Under the pieces are notes generated by a model, which was given only the letters and a program-made list of their open reading frames with translations, ran no database searches and was not told the DNA's origin. DNA of 64,000 nucleotides from Lama guanicoe (taxonomy: Eukaryota), in NCBI GenBank assembly GCA_013239625.1, contig MU053376.1:24833-88832 (forward strand), in the 5' to 3' direction. The stretch's first letter is position 1. Every line of letters begins with the position of its first letter. The translations under genes were made by a program, and so were the position numbers. Positions 51,831 through 64,000 of the stretch are shown in pieces.

Positions 51831-52779
51831 GGGCGTAGGTTCCACTCCCATCTTTAGTCATAAACCATGAAAGCTCTGAATGGAAAGGGGTCTTAGACAT
51901 CATCTTGTCCAACCCACTTATTCTACAGCAGAACAGAAATCCGAAGCGGAGAAATTATCTTCAGGCCACTTAGTTTTCTTCCAAGGCCAGCTCATTTACT
52001 CGTTTATTCATTCTTGCCTTCATTAACATATTCTTGTTCATTCACGTAAGACACGTTTGTTAGGCTTGTACTGTGGGTCAGACACTGTCTGTTCTAGGAA
52101 CAGAGTAGAATAAGTCACAGTCTTTGCCTTCAAAAGTCTCTCAGCCTGATGATGGAGACAGCAAGTAATCAGACACATACAGTGCGGTGCCCGGTGCTGT
52201 AACAGAGGTGTTCTCAGGGTACCTTGGAGAGGGTGCTGAATGCTGATGGCTGCTGTGGAGATGAGCATGGAGGTAGGCGGTGGTCAGAGAAGACTTCAGA
52301 TAAGACAGTTAAGGTGGGTTCACCAGGCGAAAAAACTCTTCTTCACTCCAGAAGAAGCTTTGTGAACCTACTAAGTATTGGTTTACATAAGGCAAACAGA
52401 AGGCAGTGCAAGTCTCAGTAAGCACCGTCAGTTAATCAGTTAGCCAATTTTGGGTCCAGCACTGTGATAAGAAGTTTGGGAGAACACAACTTATGCAGAT
52501 CATTCAACCATGCTTTCCAGAGAATAGTCTCTCGAGTTCCCATTTACATACTGATGTTCTTTTTTGCAGGTGGCTGATCCCATCCATAGAAGGTAAATAT
52601 ATGTAGAAGCTGCAGAGATCTCTTACTGATATTAACACCCTTATCGATGACCTCCTTATCTGTTTGCTGCATAACAACTTACCCCCAAACTTAGCATCTC
52701 AAAGTAATAAACCTCATTGTCTCACACAGTTTCTGAGCTTCAGGAATCTAGTGTGCTTAGCTGAGTGAAGTGGAGATGG

Positions 52780-54455
52780 GTAACGTACCCTGTAGATAGT
52801 TTAAGGTAATGATTGCAAAGATGTTCAGAGAACTTGGGGGAAAATTGGATGAACAGAATGAGGAGATAGTTAAAAGTTTTTAATGGAGTTAGAAAACATA
52901 AAAAGAACCAGAGTTAAAGAATACAATAACTGAAATTAAAAATACACCAGAAGGAATCGACAGATTGAGTGACACAGAGGAACAGATCAGCAAGCTGGAA
53001 GACAGAGTAATGGAAACCACTGAAGCGAAACAGCAAAAGCGGGGTGGGGAATGGAAAGAAATGAGGACAGTTTAAGAGACCTCTGGGACAACATCACACA
53101 AACTAATATTCACATTATTAGAGTCCCAGAAGGAGAAGAGAGAAAAGGGGACAGAGAACATATTTGAAGACAGAATAGCTGAAAACTTCCCTAATGTGGG
53201 AAAAGAAACAGATGCCCAAGCCCAGAAACCACAGAGAAACCCAAACAAGATCAACCCAAAGAGAACCACACCAAGACACATGGTGATTAAAATGACAAAA
53301 AGTAAAAATAAAGAGAGAATATTAAAAGCAGCAAGGGGAAAGCAACATGTTACATACAAGGGAATTCCCATAAAGCTGTCGGCTGGCTTTTCAGTGGAAA
53401 TTCTGCACGCCAGAAGGAAGTGGCATGATATATGTAAAGTGATGAAAGGGAAAAATCTACAACAAAGAGTACTCTACCAGGCAAGGCTTTCTCAGATCTG
53501 ATGGAGAGATCAAGAGTTTTACAGACATGCACAAGCAAGAAGAGTTCAACACCACCAAACTCACTTTACAAGAAATGTTACAGGGACTTCTCTAAGCAAA
53601 AGAGAAAAGGCCACAATCAGAAACATGAAACTTATGAATGGAAAAATCTCACAATAAAGGTAGTAAATTACAGCCATGTATAAAGCTAGTAGGAAGGTTA
53701 AAAGACAAAAGCAGTAAAAATCAAGTATATCCACAGTAAATAGTTAAGGGACACACAAAACAAAAAGATGTAAAATATGATGTCGAAACAGTAAGTGCGG
53801 AGGAGGGACTAAGAATGCAGGGTTGTTAAAATGTGTTTGAACTTAAGAATGAGCAACTTAAAATAATCATATATATATATTGCCTTGTACAGTGTGGGAA
53901 ACAGCAAATAGCTATGTATTATCTTTGTTTAGTGACAGATGGTAACTAGACTTATTGTGATGATCATTTTGAAATGTATGGAAACAATATATCACTGTGT
54001 TATAGGAACTAACACAGTGTTGTAGGTCAATTATACTCCCCCCCAAAAAATGAAAGAAAAGAAGCAAACTCATAGAAAAAGAGATCAGATTTGTGGTTAC
54101 CAGAGGCAGGGGTGGCTGGAGGGGGACTGGATGAAGATAGTCACAAGGCAGAAACTTCTAGTTATAAGATAAATTAGTACTAAGGATGTAATGTACAACG
54201 TGATAAATATTGTAATGAACACTGCTGTATATTGCATATGACCGTTGTTAAGAGAGTAAATGCTAAGAGTTCTCATCACAAGAAAAAAATTTTTTCTGTT
54301 TCTTCAATTTTGTATCTCTATGAGATGTTGCATGTCCTAAACTTATTGTGATAATCATTTCATGATGTGTGTAAGTCAAATCATTATGCTGTCCACCTTA
54401 AACTTACATAGTGCAGTATGTCAATTGTATCTCAATAGAACTGGAAGGAAAAAAA
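52780..54455 (+). mobile_element. L1 with ORF1 joined to an L1MA9-like 3' UTR (ORF2 missing)
   Basis: ORF1 remnant QRNPNKINPKRTTPRHMVIKMTKSKNKERILKAARGKQHVTYKGIPIKLSA; 3' end tgtcaattgtatctcaatagaactgga + A tail. Confidence 0.85.
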
Positions 54456-54647
54456 GTAATAGGAGTTTTTAACTGAGAAGCATATCCAGCCCCATGCTGG
54501 GAGACATGCCTTAGACATTAGGAGGCAACTTCAAGGGATCTTCTGGAAAGACATAACTATTATCCTTTGATAGTTTAGAATCATGCAAGGTTATGGTCAC
54601 TTTGTTTATTTTAGCGACTGAAGACAGACGGGAGTAGGGATGAAGGG

Positions 54648-55021
54648 TATTATGGACTGAATGTGTCTCTCCAAAATCCATACGCTGAAGCCCTAACCCC
54701 TATCCCCAGTGTGATGGCATTTGGGTGTGAGACCTTTGGGAGATAATTAGGTCTAGATAAGCTCATGAGGGTAGGGCCCTCATGATGACAGTTAGTGTTC
54801 TTAGAAGAAGAGGAAGAGAGATGAGCTCTCTCTCTCTTTACCAAGTGAGGATACAGGGAGAAGTCAGCAGCCTGCAAGCCAGGAAGAGAATTCTCATCAG
54901 GAACCCAATTGGGTACCTTGATCTTGGACTTCCATCGTCCAGAATTGTGAAAAATGAATTTCTGTTGTTTAAGTCACCCCATCTACAGCATCTTGTTACA
55001 GTAGCTGGAGCAGACTAATAT
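54648..55021 (+). mobile_element. MaLR LTR (MLT1A/B-like)
   Basis: tattatggactgaatgtgtctctccaaaatccata...tttctgttgtttaagtcaccc...gcagactaata. Confidence 0.8.
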
Positions 55022-56790
55022 AAGGGGTTACTGTCAAGATTAAAGTCACAGTTTTAGGATTCTACTGAGTGTTCAGTGATGGAAAAATCTGCAGGCTTTC
55101 CCAGCAGCCTCAGTCTGCAGAGGGGCAGGGCTGATGGAATGGGGTGCCAGCAGCTAAAGAAGTAACTGAAGATGTAACTGGGGAGCATGAAAGTAAACAT
55201 TTTAAGGGCCAACTTGGAGTTCTAAGCCAATGGTAGACAATTTGGAGAGGAATCACATTGTTGGTGGAAGGGTGGGGTCAGTCGGGTCATTGGTGTAGAT
55301 TCCACTGATGAAGGATTGTTTTTAACAGACAGTTTCTTCAATTTGCATAAATCGTTTGTCATGAAAAGGATTTTTAAAGTGGAAACAAGAGCTAAGACCT
55401 AGCTCACTTTTCCAGGACTCAAAAGAACAGGACGCCATGAGGAGGCTTGTATAGTCATGAAACGTGGCAGATCATCCCCCCTATGCTCTCTGGTGACAAG
55501 GAAGGGTTCTTTCTTGCCCACAGAAGCAACCCAGCAGGGATAGATCAAACTCTGCTTCAAAACGTCTCCGAAGAATATGATTCCAGCCTACCTCCAAAGA
55601 AGGAAAGCTTCAGGGGAGACCTGCATGCTTAAAGAGAACTGAGCCAGCTGCTGTAACAAAGGCCGATGTCACAGTGGCTTATTCAAAGTAGCAGTTTATT
55701 AATCTCTCCTGTAATTGTCAAAAGCTAAGCTGCAGAGAACTGCACGGTGTCTCCATAGAGACCCAGACTTCTTTTTCAATGCCCTTCTTTCATCTCAAGG
55801 ACTGAGATAGCTGCTGCAGCTCCTGCCACCATGCCCACATTCCAGCTAGCAAAAGGGAGAAAGAATGGGCAGCATACAGCCTTTCTTGTTAAGGACATGC
55901 ACAGAGAGTTGCAGGTATTACTCTGAGTTGGCCTGCAGGGCAGAACCAGAAGTTCTATTATCACTGCTGCTTAGGTCCTTAGGGTGGAACCTAGGCACTT
56001 GGCCATATTTAGCTGCAAGGGAGGCTGGGGGTGCAGCCTTTTGATTGGCAGTCAGTTTCTCAGCTAAACCTTATATTACTCTAGAAGGGAAAAAGAGATC
56101 TTGGGGGGACAACTAGCAGTCTCCGACATGATAACCTCCTGTAATCTTGCATGGAAGGAGGGCGGAGCAGATCAGTCATGGGTGAACATCCCCGTAGACT
56201 GTAAACGTTATGACGGCAAGGAGCCCAGCTCTTTTGGCTTTTCACTTTATCATCCTTGCCCAGCACAGTTCATGGCACATAGTAGGTTCTCAAATACATA
56301 TGTATCAAATGCATGAATGGATAAGAGGCAGCTAGATGTAAGCATCTCACAAGACCCTCCATGGTGCCTCTTCCCAAGGACTTTTGCTGCAAAGATGCAG
56401 ACCACTTGGTTTCTTGTTAATATTAAACCTTGGGAGGTAAGTTGGGATTCCTTCCCAAAGTAAAATTTCCTACCCTTGACACCCACCCTTGAAAATTGTG
56501 TGGTTTCTTTGTAGCCTTGGTCTAGCACCTACTTGATGGTTGGCTCTTCCAGGAGATCTAATGTGCTGTTACTATAAGCAAAGTTGGTTTCTTCCTGAGA
56601 GAGGTTTATCCCAAGTTCTCCCATATTGCACAGACTTATTCTTACAGACTGGAAGGGCCAGCTTTGGAGCAAATGAGGCATCTCTTGGGAGTTGCTGGGA
56701 CAGTCAGCTCAAGGGAGCTGAGCCTCCAGCCTCCTCAGCTCAGGAGCTGGGTTAGCCCCACACCTCTCCCCTGAGGGCTGTGTTTCCAGC

Positions 56791-57230
56791 CTCCACATTT
56801 AATAAGCTGAGAGAATCGAAAACAGTAAACTGTGGAAGATAATACAGCAGTCAATAAAAAGATAAAGTAAACTAAGAAGAAATAAAAAGACGGTAAAACC
56901 AGTTTAAAAAAAAAAAGGCAGCAGGCAAAGTGATAATATGAACTAAAAATAAACCAAATAAATTAAAAAGAAATTAAAAGATGGAACAAAGACACGATAA
57001 GGCAAAGGTTAGAAATAAAAGATGGAAAATAAAAAGATAATACAATAACAATAAATCTAGAAGATAAGATGAGATAAAAGAAAATAGTATAAAAGAGCTA
57101 GAAGAAAGACAAAGCAGATTAAAAATGACTGCGATAAGTAAAATCATTAAAAGCAGAAAAATAAAAGACTGAAGGGATTAAAACAATAAGATGTATTAAA
57201 CCAATACCAAAAGAAATAAAAAATTTAAAA
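56791..57230 (+). repeat. A-rich repeat copy (most complete)
   Basis: See findings; homologous to 28434-28985 and to the reverse complements of 34860-35017 and 36225-36380. Confidence 0.55.
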
Positions 57231-57389
57231 GACGGGGCTATGAGGGAAGAGAGAAATAGATCAATGTTGTTTCAAGTTAAAATAATGCTGCAATGCAATG
57301 CAATAATGCAATAAAATAATGCTGCAGTGCAAACTCATTCTCTGAGTCCTGGCAGCCTCAAGGTTGCAGACCTCCCGACCTCCAAGCAT

Positions 57390-57796
57390 CCGTAGTAATT
57401 CGCAAGAGCTGCCCTAACAAGGCACCGCAGACTGGGTGGTTTAAAGAGCAGAAATTTATTTTCTCACAGTTCTGGAGCCTAGAAGTCCGTAATCAGAGTG
57501 TTGGCAGAGTTGGTTCCTTCTGAGGGCCACAGGGGGAAGGCCCTGTCTCGGCCCTCTCTCCTCGGCTTGGAGATGGCCCTCTTCTCCTTGTGTCTTTCCT
57601 CTGTGTGTCTGCCTGCATGTAAATTTCCTCGTCTTATAAAGACATCAGTCCTGTTGGATTAGGGCTCACCCTAAGGACTCCGTTTTAACTTAACTGCCTC
57701 TGTAAAGACCCTGTCTCCAAATATAGTCACATTCTGAGGTATTAGGGGTTAGGATACATGAGTCTGGGGAAGGAGGGGCACAGTGCAGCCCATGAC
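57390..57796 (-). mobile_element. MaLR LTR (MLT1B-like)
   Basis: agaaatttattttctcacagttctggagcctagaagtcc...tagtcacattctgaggtattaggggttaggat. Confidence 0.8.
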
Positions 57797-59109
57797 AGCA
57801 TCTCTGCAAGGAGTCCCTGGGAGGACACCTTCCAGGCAGAGAGAGAAAGGCAGAGAGCAGAGTCTTTGACCTTTTGCGTGGTTTGGGGCCTCTGATGTAG
57901 CTGAAAATTTTTCTCCTCAGTTTGAGTGTCTGATTAATATTCACTTGGGCCCACGGGGCAGTAAGGCTGAGTCTGAGAAGGATAAGGCTCTGGAATCCCT
58001 GACCCATTTTCTCTCATGTCCTTAGGGTTGCTGAGAGCAAGAAATGTCCCAGCAGCCAGCCTCCTATGGCTAGCGGGGAAGCCCCAACTCGAGTGTGCCT
58101 GGCTTCTCCTGCCAAGACACCTGTGCTCTGGCTACAAACACCTGGTGAGCTCGAAGGTGCCTTCTAATTCCCCTTGCACCGAAGGCATGAGCTCCAGCCA
58201 GGGCGCGGTACTCGTTCTTCATCGGCCTCTGCCCTTTGCAGGCAGGGAAGCCTGGGAGCGCCGGGTCCCGGAACACCCCACTCTTAGGAATGAGTGTTCT
58301 GTACTTGGTGTCTCTCTTGCTCAGAGATGGAGTCGGAACCGTGTGCAGTGGAGAGAAGCCTGGCAAGTCCTTCTCCTCTTACCCTGGAGAGGAGGCCCCG
58401 ACCCATAGATCACCTAGTTCAATCTCCTCGTTAATTGTTGAGGAGAGAGAAATCCAGGAAGGAAAGACTTGCCCCACAGTGTTCTCGCTCTCGCACGCAC
58501 GCACCGAGCAGGCGGGCAGAGCCCAGCCTCCTGGCACGGCCTTCAACCTGAGCAGCTGCACAGGGCCTGGCGCTCAGAAGGACCCTGTGCTGGACTGAAT
58601 GCTCTGTTATTGCCATCTTGAATTCTCGATAATTTTGAAACAAGGGCACCACACGTCGTTTTGCGTTGGGCCCTCTGAGTGGTGGCGGCCAGTCCTGCCC
58701 GTCGCCCCCACTTCCCGCTGGGTTCTGATGAGGACGGAAGTACAAGCCACCCAGGCTCCTTCCGACCATGAGCTGTCCGGAGCAGGGACTCTGGGTGCAG
58801 TTCTTTGCACAAGATAAGCCGTTCATAGAGGGAGGAGGATGGGAGGACGCCTTTGCTTCAGGCCCAAGGCTGTCCCTCTGGCCTCAGTTCCTCAGTGAGT
58901 TCACAGCTGGGGCATGAGCCTCAGTCACCCACTTCGAGTCTCCAGCCTGCAGACCTGGCCTGTCCCAGCCCTGTTCCTTCAAAATCCCCTCAGCCTCCCT
59001 GGCAGAAACCCAAGGGGGCGGGAGGGGGAGGGAGGAAAGGAAAGTGAAAGTACCAGCCTCTCCGGACGGCCCCTCCTCCTCCTCCCCTCCTCCCCCCGTT
59101 GCCATGGAG

Positions 59110-59840
59110 ACCAGAACAAAGCCTCTCTTTCCCCTCTTTTCTGGATTGTTAATTGTCTTTCCTCCATGGTGCCTTTGTTAATTGTTGCCAGTCCCTCCCA
59201 GGATGAGGATCTAGGTCTCCTCAAGACAGGAAGGAGAGTTAAAAAAAAAAAAGTTAGGTGATGGGGGTGGGGCAGGATAAACCAGGTGGTCGGGGTGGAG
59301 GGGAAGAGGAAGAGGCTGCAGCAGGATTTTCTAAATTGCCCAGGCTTCTAGGAAGGGAACACCCTCTTTCCCTCTTTCTCTCTGTCCTTCAATCAGCTGC
59401 CTTTTCAGGTGGGGCTCACTGGCCCCCCTTCTGTGGGAAGGGATAGGACAGAATAGAAAGAGAAAAGAAAAAAAAACACAATCATTGTGTGTATGTGTGT
59501 ATATGTGTGTGTGTGGGTGTGTGTGGTGGGTGCCCTGTTGGAGGAAGGTGATTGTCTTTGCACTGCACCCATTCCAGGCTGATCAGTGAGACAGGCGGCC
59601 TGATTTTTATCCCCAGTGGTTAGGTGTTTAGGACTAGTAATAATTAAATTTCCTGAAAAAGAATGTGTGCTCATTCTGGAAGTGAGAAGGACCACTCCAG
59701 CCCTCTTCCCCAGAATCAGCTCCCTACCGTAGCTAAGCATGTGAAGAACGGAGGGGAGGAGTTTTAGAAGGGTGAGCGTCCGTGTGTGAGCTGGCGTGTG
59801 CATGGGTGTGTGTGTAAAAGCCTCGAGGCGTTGACGTCAG
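59110..59840. promoter_or_regulatory. Candidate enhancer: SOX/homeodomain composites, SOX palindrome and full CRE
   Basis: TTGTTAATTGT twice (59146 and 59175), AACAAAG at 59115, ACACAATCATTGTGT at 59476-59490, TAATAATTA at 59637, TGACGTCA at 59832-59839. Confidence 0.4.
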
Positions 59841-60424
59841 CTCACTCAAGGGGCCATGCACTGAGTGTGGTCCCAGTGCAAGTGTGCTGGGGGATGGCGG
59901 AAGGGGTAGAAACCTCTGTCCTTGGGAGACGGTCTTCCAGTTGGAGGAGAGGAGGCTGACACATAAGACATCAAGAGTTTCTACTTTTAGGGTCTAGGCT
60001 AGAATAATACTCAAGTGTTAGTTTATATGGCTCAGATCCTAAGGACCGAAAAACTCCATAAAAAGTGAAGCAGGATGACACAGCAGAAAAATTACTGGCT
60101 TGAGGGCCAGAAAACCTGGGTTCAAATGGCAACTTTTTCCCCTTCACCACGTGGTCTTGCAAACTTCCCCTCCTCTCTCTGGAGTGTCACTTTCCTCAAC
60201 TGTGAAATAGAACTGCCCCCCATCTTCACAGAGCTGCTGACAGATTAAAGGAGATCACCTGTGCAAAGTGCCAGCCCTGGGCAAGGTACCTCTCCTCTCT
60301 GCGCACAAAGAGGGGAGCTGGAGGGGATGGTTCTGGAAGGCTGATTCCTTCCAGATCTTATATTCTCGGATTCTGATAGGCAGGTGAAACATTCTGTGAA
60401 TCCACCTGTTTTCTCCTTCTTCTT

Positions 60425-60550
60425 CTTTTTTTAAGTTCTTTTTTGGGGGGGTGTTAATTAGGTCTGTTTGTTTGTTTGTTTGTTTGTTTATTTAATGGCA
60501 GTACTGGGGATTGAACTCAGGACCCCGTGCATGTTAAGCATGCGCTCTAC
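60425..60550 (-). mobile_element. Truncated Vic-1 SINE
   Basis: taattaggtc(tgtt)n...gtactggggattgaactcaggaccc. Confidence 0.85.
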
Positions 60551-61199
60551 CCGTTATCTTCTTGATTAGCTTCCATACCCCAGGGTGACCCTCTGGAAGA
60601 ATTCGGGAAGAACTGAGTTCCCATAGACATCAGCCAGAAGGGAGTGCATGCTCTGAAAGCTGACACCCACCCAGTGGAGCGCTCCTGATTCGCTGTCTGG
60701 CTATAGGGATCCAGGAAAGCACTTCCTCCATCAGAAGGAGGAAGAGTTGGTACCCACACAAGCTTTGCTCGGCTGGACCTACCCTGACCTGACCCAAGCT
60801 GCAAGTTCCCTCCTCTAGGCTGCACAGAGAAAATGGCCCTTGGGAGGTGCAGGTGGTCTGGACGATGCAGGAAGGGCCTCAGGCCAAGCAGTGAGATGGG
60901 GAGGGTCTCTGTCCTCCTGAGTCCTCACTCACTTCCTCTCCTGGGCCTTCTCTCCCTTGCCCTGCTCCTGTTACACTGAGGAAAGCAATTCACACCATTC
61001 TGTGAATTTAATCCTTTTATTACTTCTCCCCCACAGGCATCTGCATTTTACACTTTGACTCTAACCTTGGAGATTGAAGGCGGGGTGGGGAACCTCAGCC
61101 ACCCTGGACACCCACCCCTGGACACTGCAGCCCCCACCAGTGTCTCAGGAGCAGGCTTGACCACATGAAGCGGGTTGGAGACCACACTTGCTGAAGCCA

Positions 61200-62550
61200 A
61201 TCAAAGTCATTCTTTCAGCAAATATTTTTTGAGCATCTCCTAGGGGCTCTGGAAATTAAATGGAGCAGACAAGTTTCTTCCCTTACAGAGCCTACAGTCT
61301 GAAGGGGAGACAGAAAAGCACAAGAAAACAGAAAACCGCTAAAATAAGCAGGTATCAATTGCAGTAAGTGATATGAAGGAGGTGAGAAGAATAAGGTGGG
61401 AGATGGGGGTGGAGGATGCTTGTAGATGGGGGAGGAGGAAAGATGAAAGAAGGGACATTTATGTGGAGACAGGAGAATGAAATAGAGCCACTCTGGGAAG
61501 GACAGGGTTTGGGGAAGTGCCTTCCAGGTAAGGAGGTATTTACAGGGTTTGAAGTCTGGTTTAAGGCTGAGCTTTCAACATGGAGACCTGATTGGGATTG
61601 GGCACATTTTGTGAGATAATCGTTCAGGATTGGAGGACCCAGCAAGGGGAGGGTCTTGAAAAATAAACAATTGTTTGATAAGCTAGTGGTTTGTCGGGTT
61701 AAGCAAACTATTGTCCTCAGCAGGGGGCTGTTTGAGCGGTCTATTGTTCAGATTAACTGATTTTCAGGGAGTTCCTGAAGCAAATAATGAAGTTATTTAC
61801 TGGTTTACGGTCTTATCTTCCTGGGCAAGAAATTTCTGGAACAAATATTAAAGTCACGTCAATGTAAGCAGCCTTAGTTAAATTATGTGGCTGCAAGTGG
61901 TCTCAGTTCTCAGAAGCAGTGAGGCTGTGGTGGTCTTGCTGAGAGATGATGATGGCCTGGGCTAGGGTGGGAACAGCGAAGACAGAAAAATGGATGGATT
62001 GGGGCATATTTTTGGAGGTAGATTAACAGCACTCACTAATTTGATTAGATGAGAAAGAAGGAATTAAAGATAACTCCTAGGTTTTAGGCTCACGCCACTG
62101 GGTAGGTGGCGGTACCATTTACTAAGATGGGAATGATGGTACTGGGTGCAAATGGGCTTGTGGGGTGGTGGTTATAGACTCAGTTTTGAACATGTGAGTC
62201 CTTGGGTAGAAATGTCAAGTGTATGGCTAGATACGTAAGCCCAAAGTACATTAAAAAGTCTTGGAGTTTTAAATTTTAAAAATTGGGAGAATCAAAAAAA
62301 AATTGGGAGAATCATCAGCACATAGTTGGTAAAACCATGGAAACAGATAAAATTTCACCTAGGGAGAAAGGAAAATGGGGTGCAGGAGAGCACACAGGGA
62401 ACACCCACCTGGAGACAAAGGTGGAGGAAGAAATATAAATAAGGAAGGCTGAGAAAGAGAAACCAGTGAAGTCAGAAGAAATTCGGGAGAATGTGGAGTC
62501 AGAAGAGAGTATTTTAAAGAGGGAGTGATCGACTGGGATAAATGTGTAAG
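61200..62550 (-). mobile_element. L2 fragment (with an unidentified insert at about 61665-61910)
   Basis: ttcagcaaatattttttgagcatctcc and gagagatgatgatggcctgggctaggg...ggtaccatttactaagatggg. Confidence 0.65.
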
Positions 62551-62559
62551 TTTGATGGG

Positions 62560-62770
62560 TGTTCCCAGGATAGTGTGGTATTATAGAAAGACCTACAGTC
62601 TTCAGAGTCATATCACCCCCATCACTTACTGGCTGTGACCTTGAGCTTCCTTTTTCTTCCCTAAATGGGGATAAGGAAACCAGCCTCACAGACCTAGGAT
62701 AAGGTACAAACAGATACTATATATGAAAATAGTACTGTGCCTGAGACACAGTAGGCGGGTGCTTATAATG
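62560..62770 (+). mobile_element. MIR SINE
   Basis: cacttactggctgtgaccttgagc...taaatggggataa...gtgcctgagacacagtagg. Confidence 0.65.
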
Positions 62771-64000
62771 GTCTCAACTTCAGTGGCAGTGACTGGAAGG
62801 CTGACAACAAAGACGTGAGAAATAGCAGGTTGGGGTATTGGAGAGACGAGAGCCCACCTCCTACCTCTCAGATTTGCCCTGGCTAAGGGCAGGAGGGATC
62901 CGTAATAAAGTTGCCCACTGAAGCTGATCAAGGTCCAAAGGAAAAAGCCCGATATATGGAAAACACAAGCATACTGGCTGGGAGGAGGAACAGCTTAGTG
63001 GCACCTGGGTGACTCTTTCATAGTTTCTGAAATGGCTTCATCCACAGTCATTCAAAAGCCAGACTCTGAAGAGTTAATGCTGACTTCTCTCACCCCCTTA
63101 CTCCCGCCTGTTTCCTCCTTTCCATCCTCCTTACCCCTAGCTTAGCTCAGGCCTGCATTATTTTCACCCTGGTTACTGTCACTGTCTGGTCTCTGGCCTC
63201 CCAGTCTTCAGTTAGACTGATCTCAGCAGAGACCCTGCTTAAAACTATTCTGTTCAATGAGCCAATTGATGGACACGTATTTATTGAGGGCCTGCTGCAG
63301 CTAAACACTAGGGATCCAACAGGGAGCCAGAGAGACACATCTCTGCCCCTGTGGAGCTTACAGTCCAGTGGGGGGAGTCAGACAAATAAACAGTCCCCAT
63401 TCTGTCTACAACTGGGGGACTTCCAGGGCCCATACATAGAATGGGCACCTGACCCAGATTTGGCCATCAAGAAAGGCTCTGGAAGGGTAGATGTCTGGGC
63501 TGAAAACTAAAAGATGAATAAGAGGAGTTAACCAAGGAATGTGGTGGGGGCTGATGGAATCCAAAGCCTTAGTCGGTCTTAGAGCCTGGCTGTCACCTGC
63601 TGAGACACTGGCCAAGTGCACTGTGGCCACAGTGTCATTTGCAGTGCCACTCCTTTAAACTGCTTTACTTTCCAACACCCAATTCAGACAACACCTCCCT
63701 AAAGAAGACTCTGGTCCCTGTCCCAGACCCCAGTTCCTGTGGGGTCCCCATGCCCCATGCACCTGGCTGGTCTCAGCACTCTTCCATTTTACTGCAATCA
63801 TATGTTCATTCACTCGTCTCCTTCCAGAAAGGGCAGAGCACTCTCCCACTCATCCTGGTGTCCCCAGGAGCCCACGTGGGCCATGCATATTGTAGACATT
63901 TAATAAATATATTGATTTAAAGGAATCCACTCCCACCCCACTCCCACCCCGCGTATCTAACAGGTTAGGGGAAAAAAAAATAACTTGAGAGTGCAAAATG

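Overview
Mammalian, repeat-rich DNA, almost certainly from a camelid: about 18 copies of the camelid tRNA-derived Vic-1 SINE are present. No intact known protein-coding gene is recognisable. The window holds old L1/L2/MIR LINEs and SINEs, MaLR/ERVL/ERV1 LTRs, DNA transposon fossils, and one clear processed pseudogene (RPS3A, minus strand) inserted inside a Vic-1 SINE. The most interesting unexplained signal is a set of phase-compatible minus-strand exons at 44239-44140, 43971-43516 and 42761-42678. They give a roughly 200-aa frame broken by single TGA codons, with N-glycosylation sequons and a by-eye resemblance to TGF-beta-family prodomains: a candidate unannotated or recently inactivated gene. 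Other oddities are a MaLR element with discordant LTRs, three copies of an unidentified A-rich repeat, and SOX-motif clusters. Repeat family names come from recalled consensus sequences, not a search, and many boundaries are approximate.
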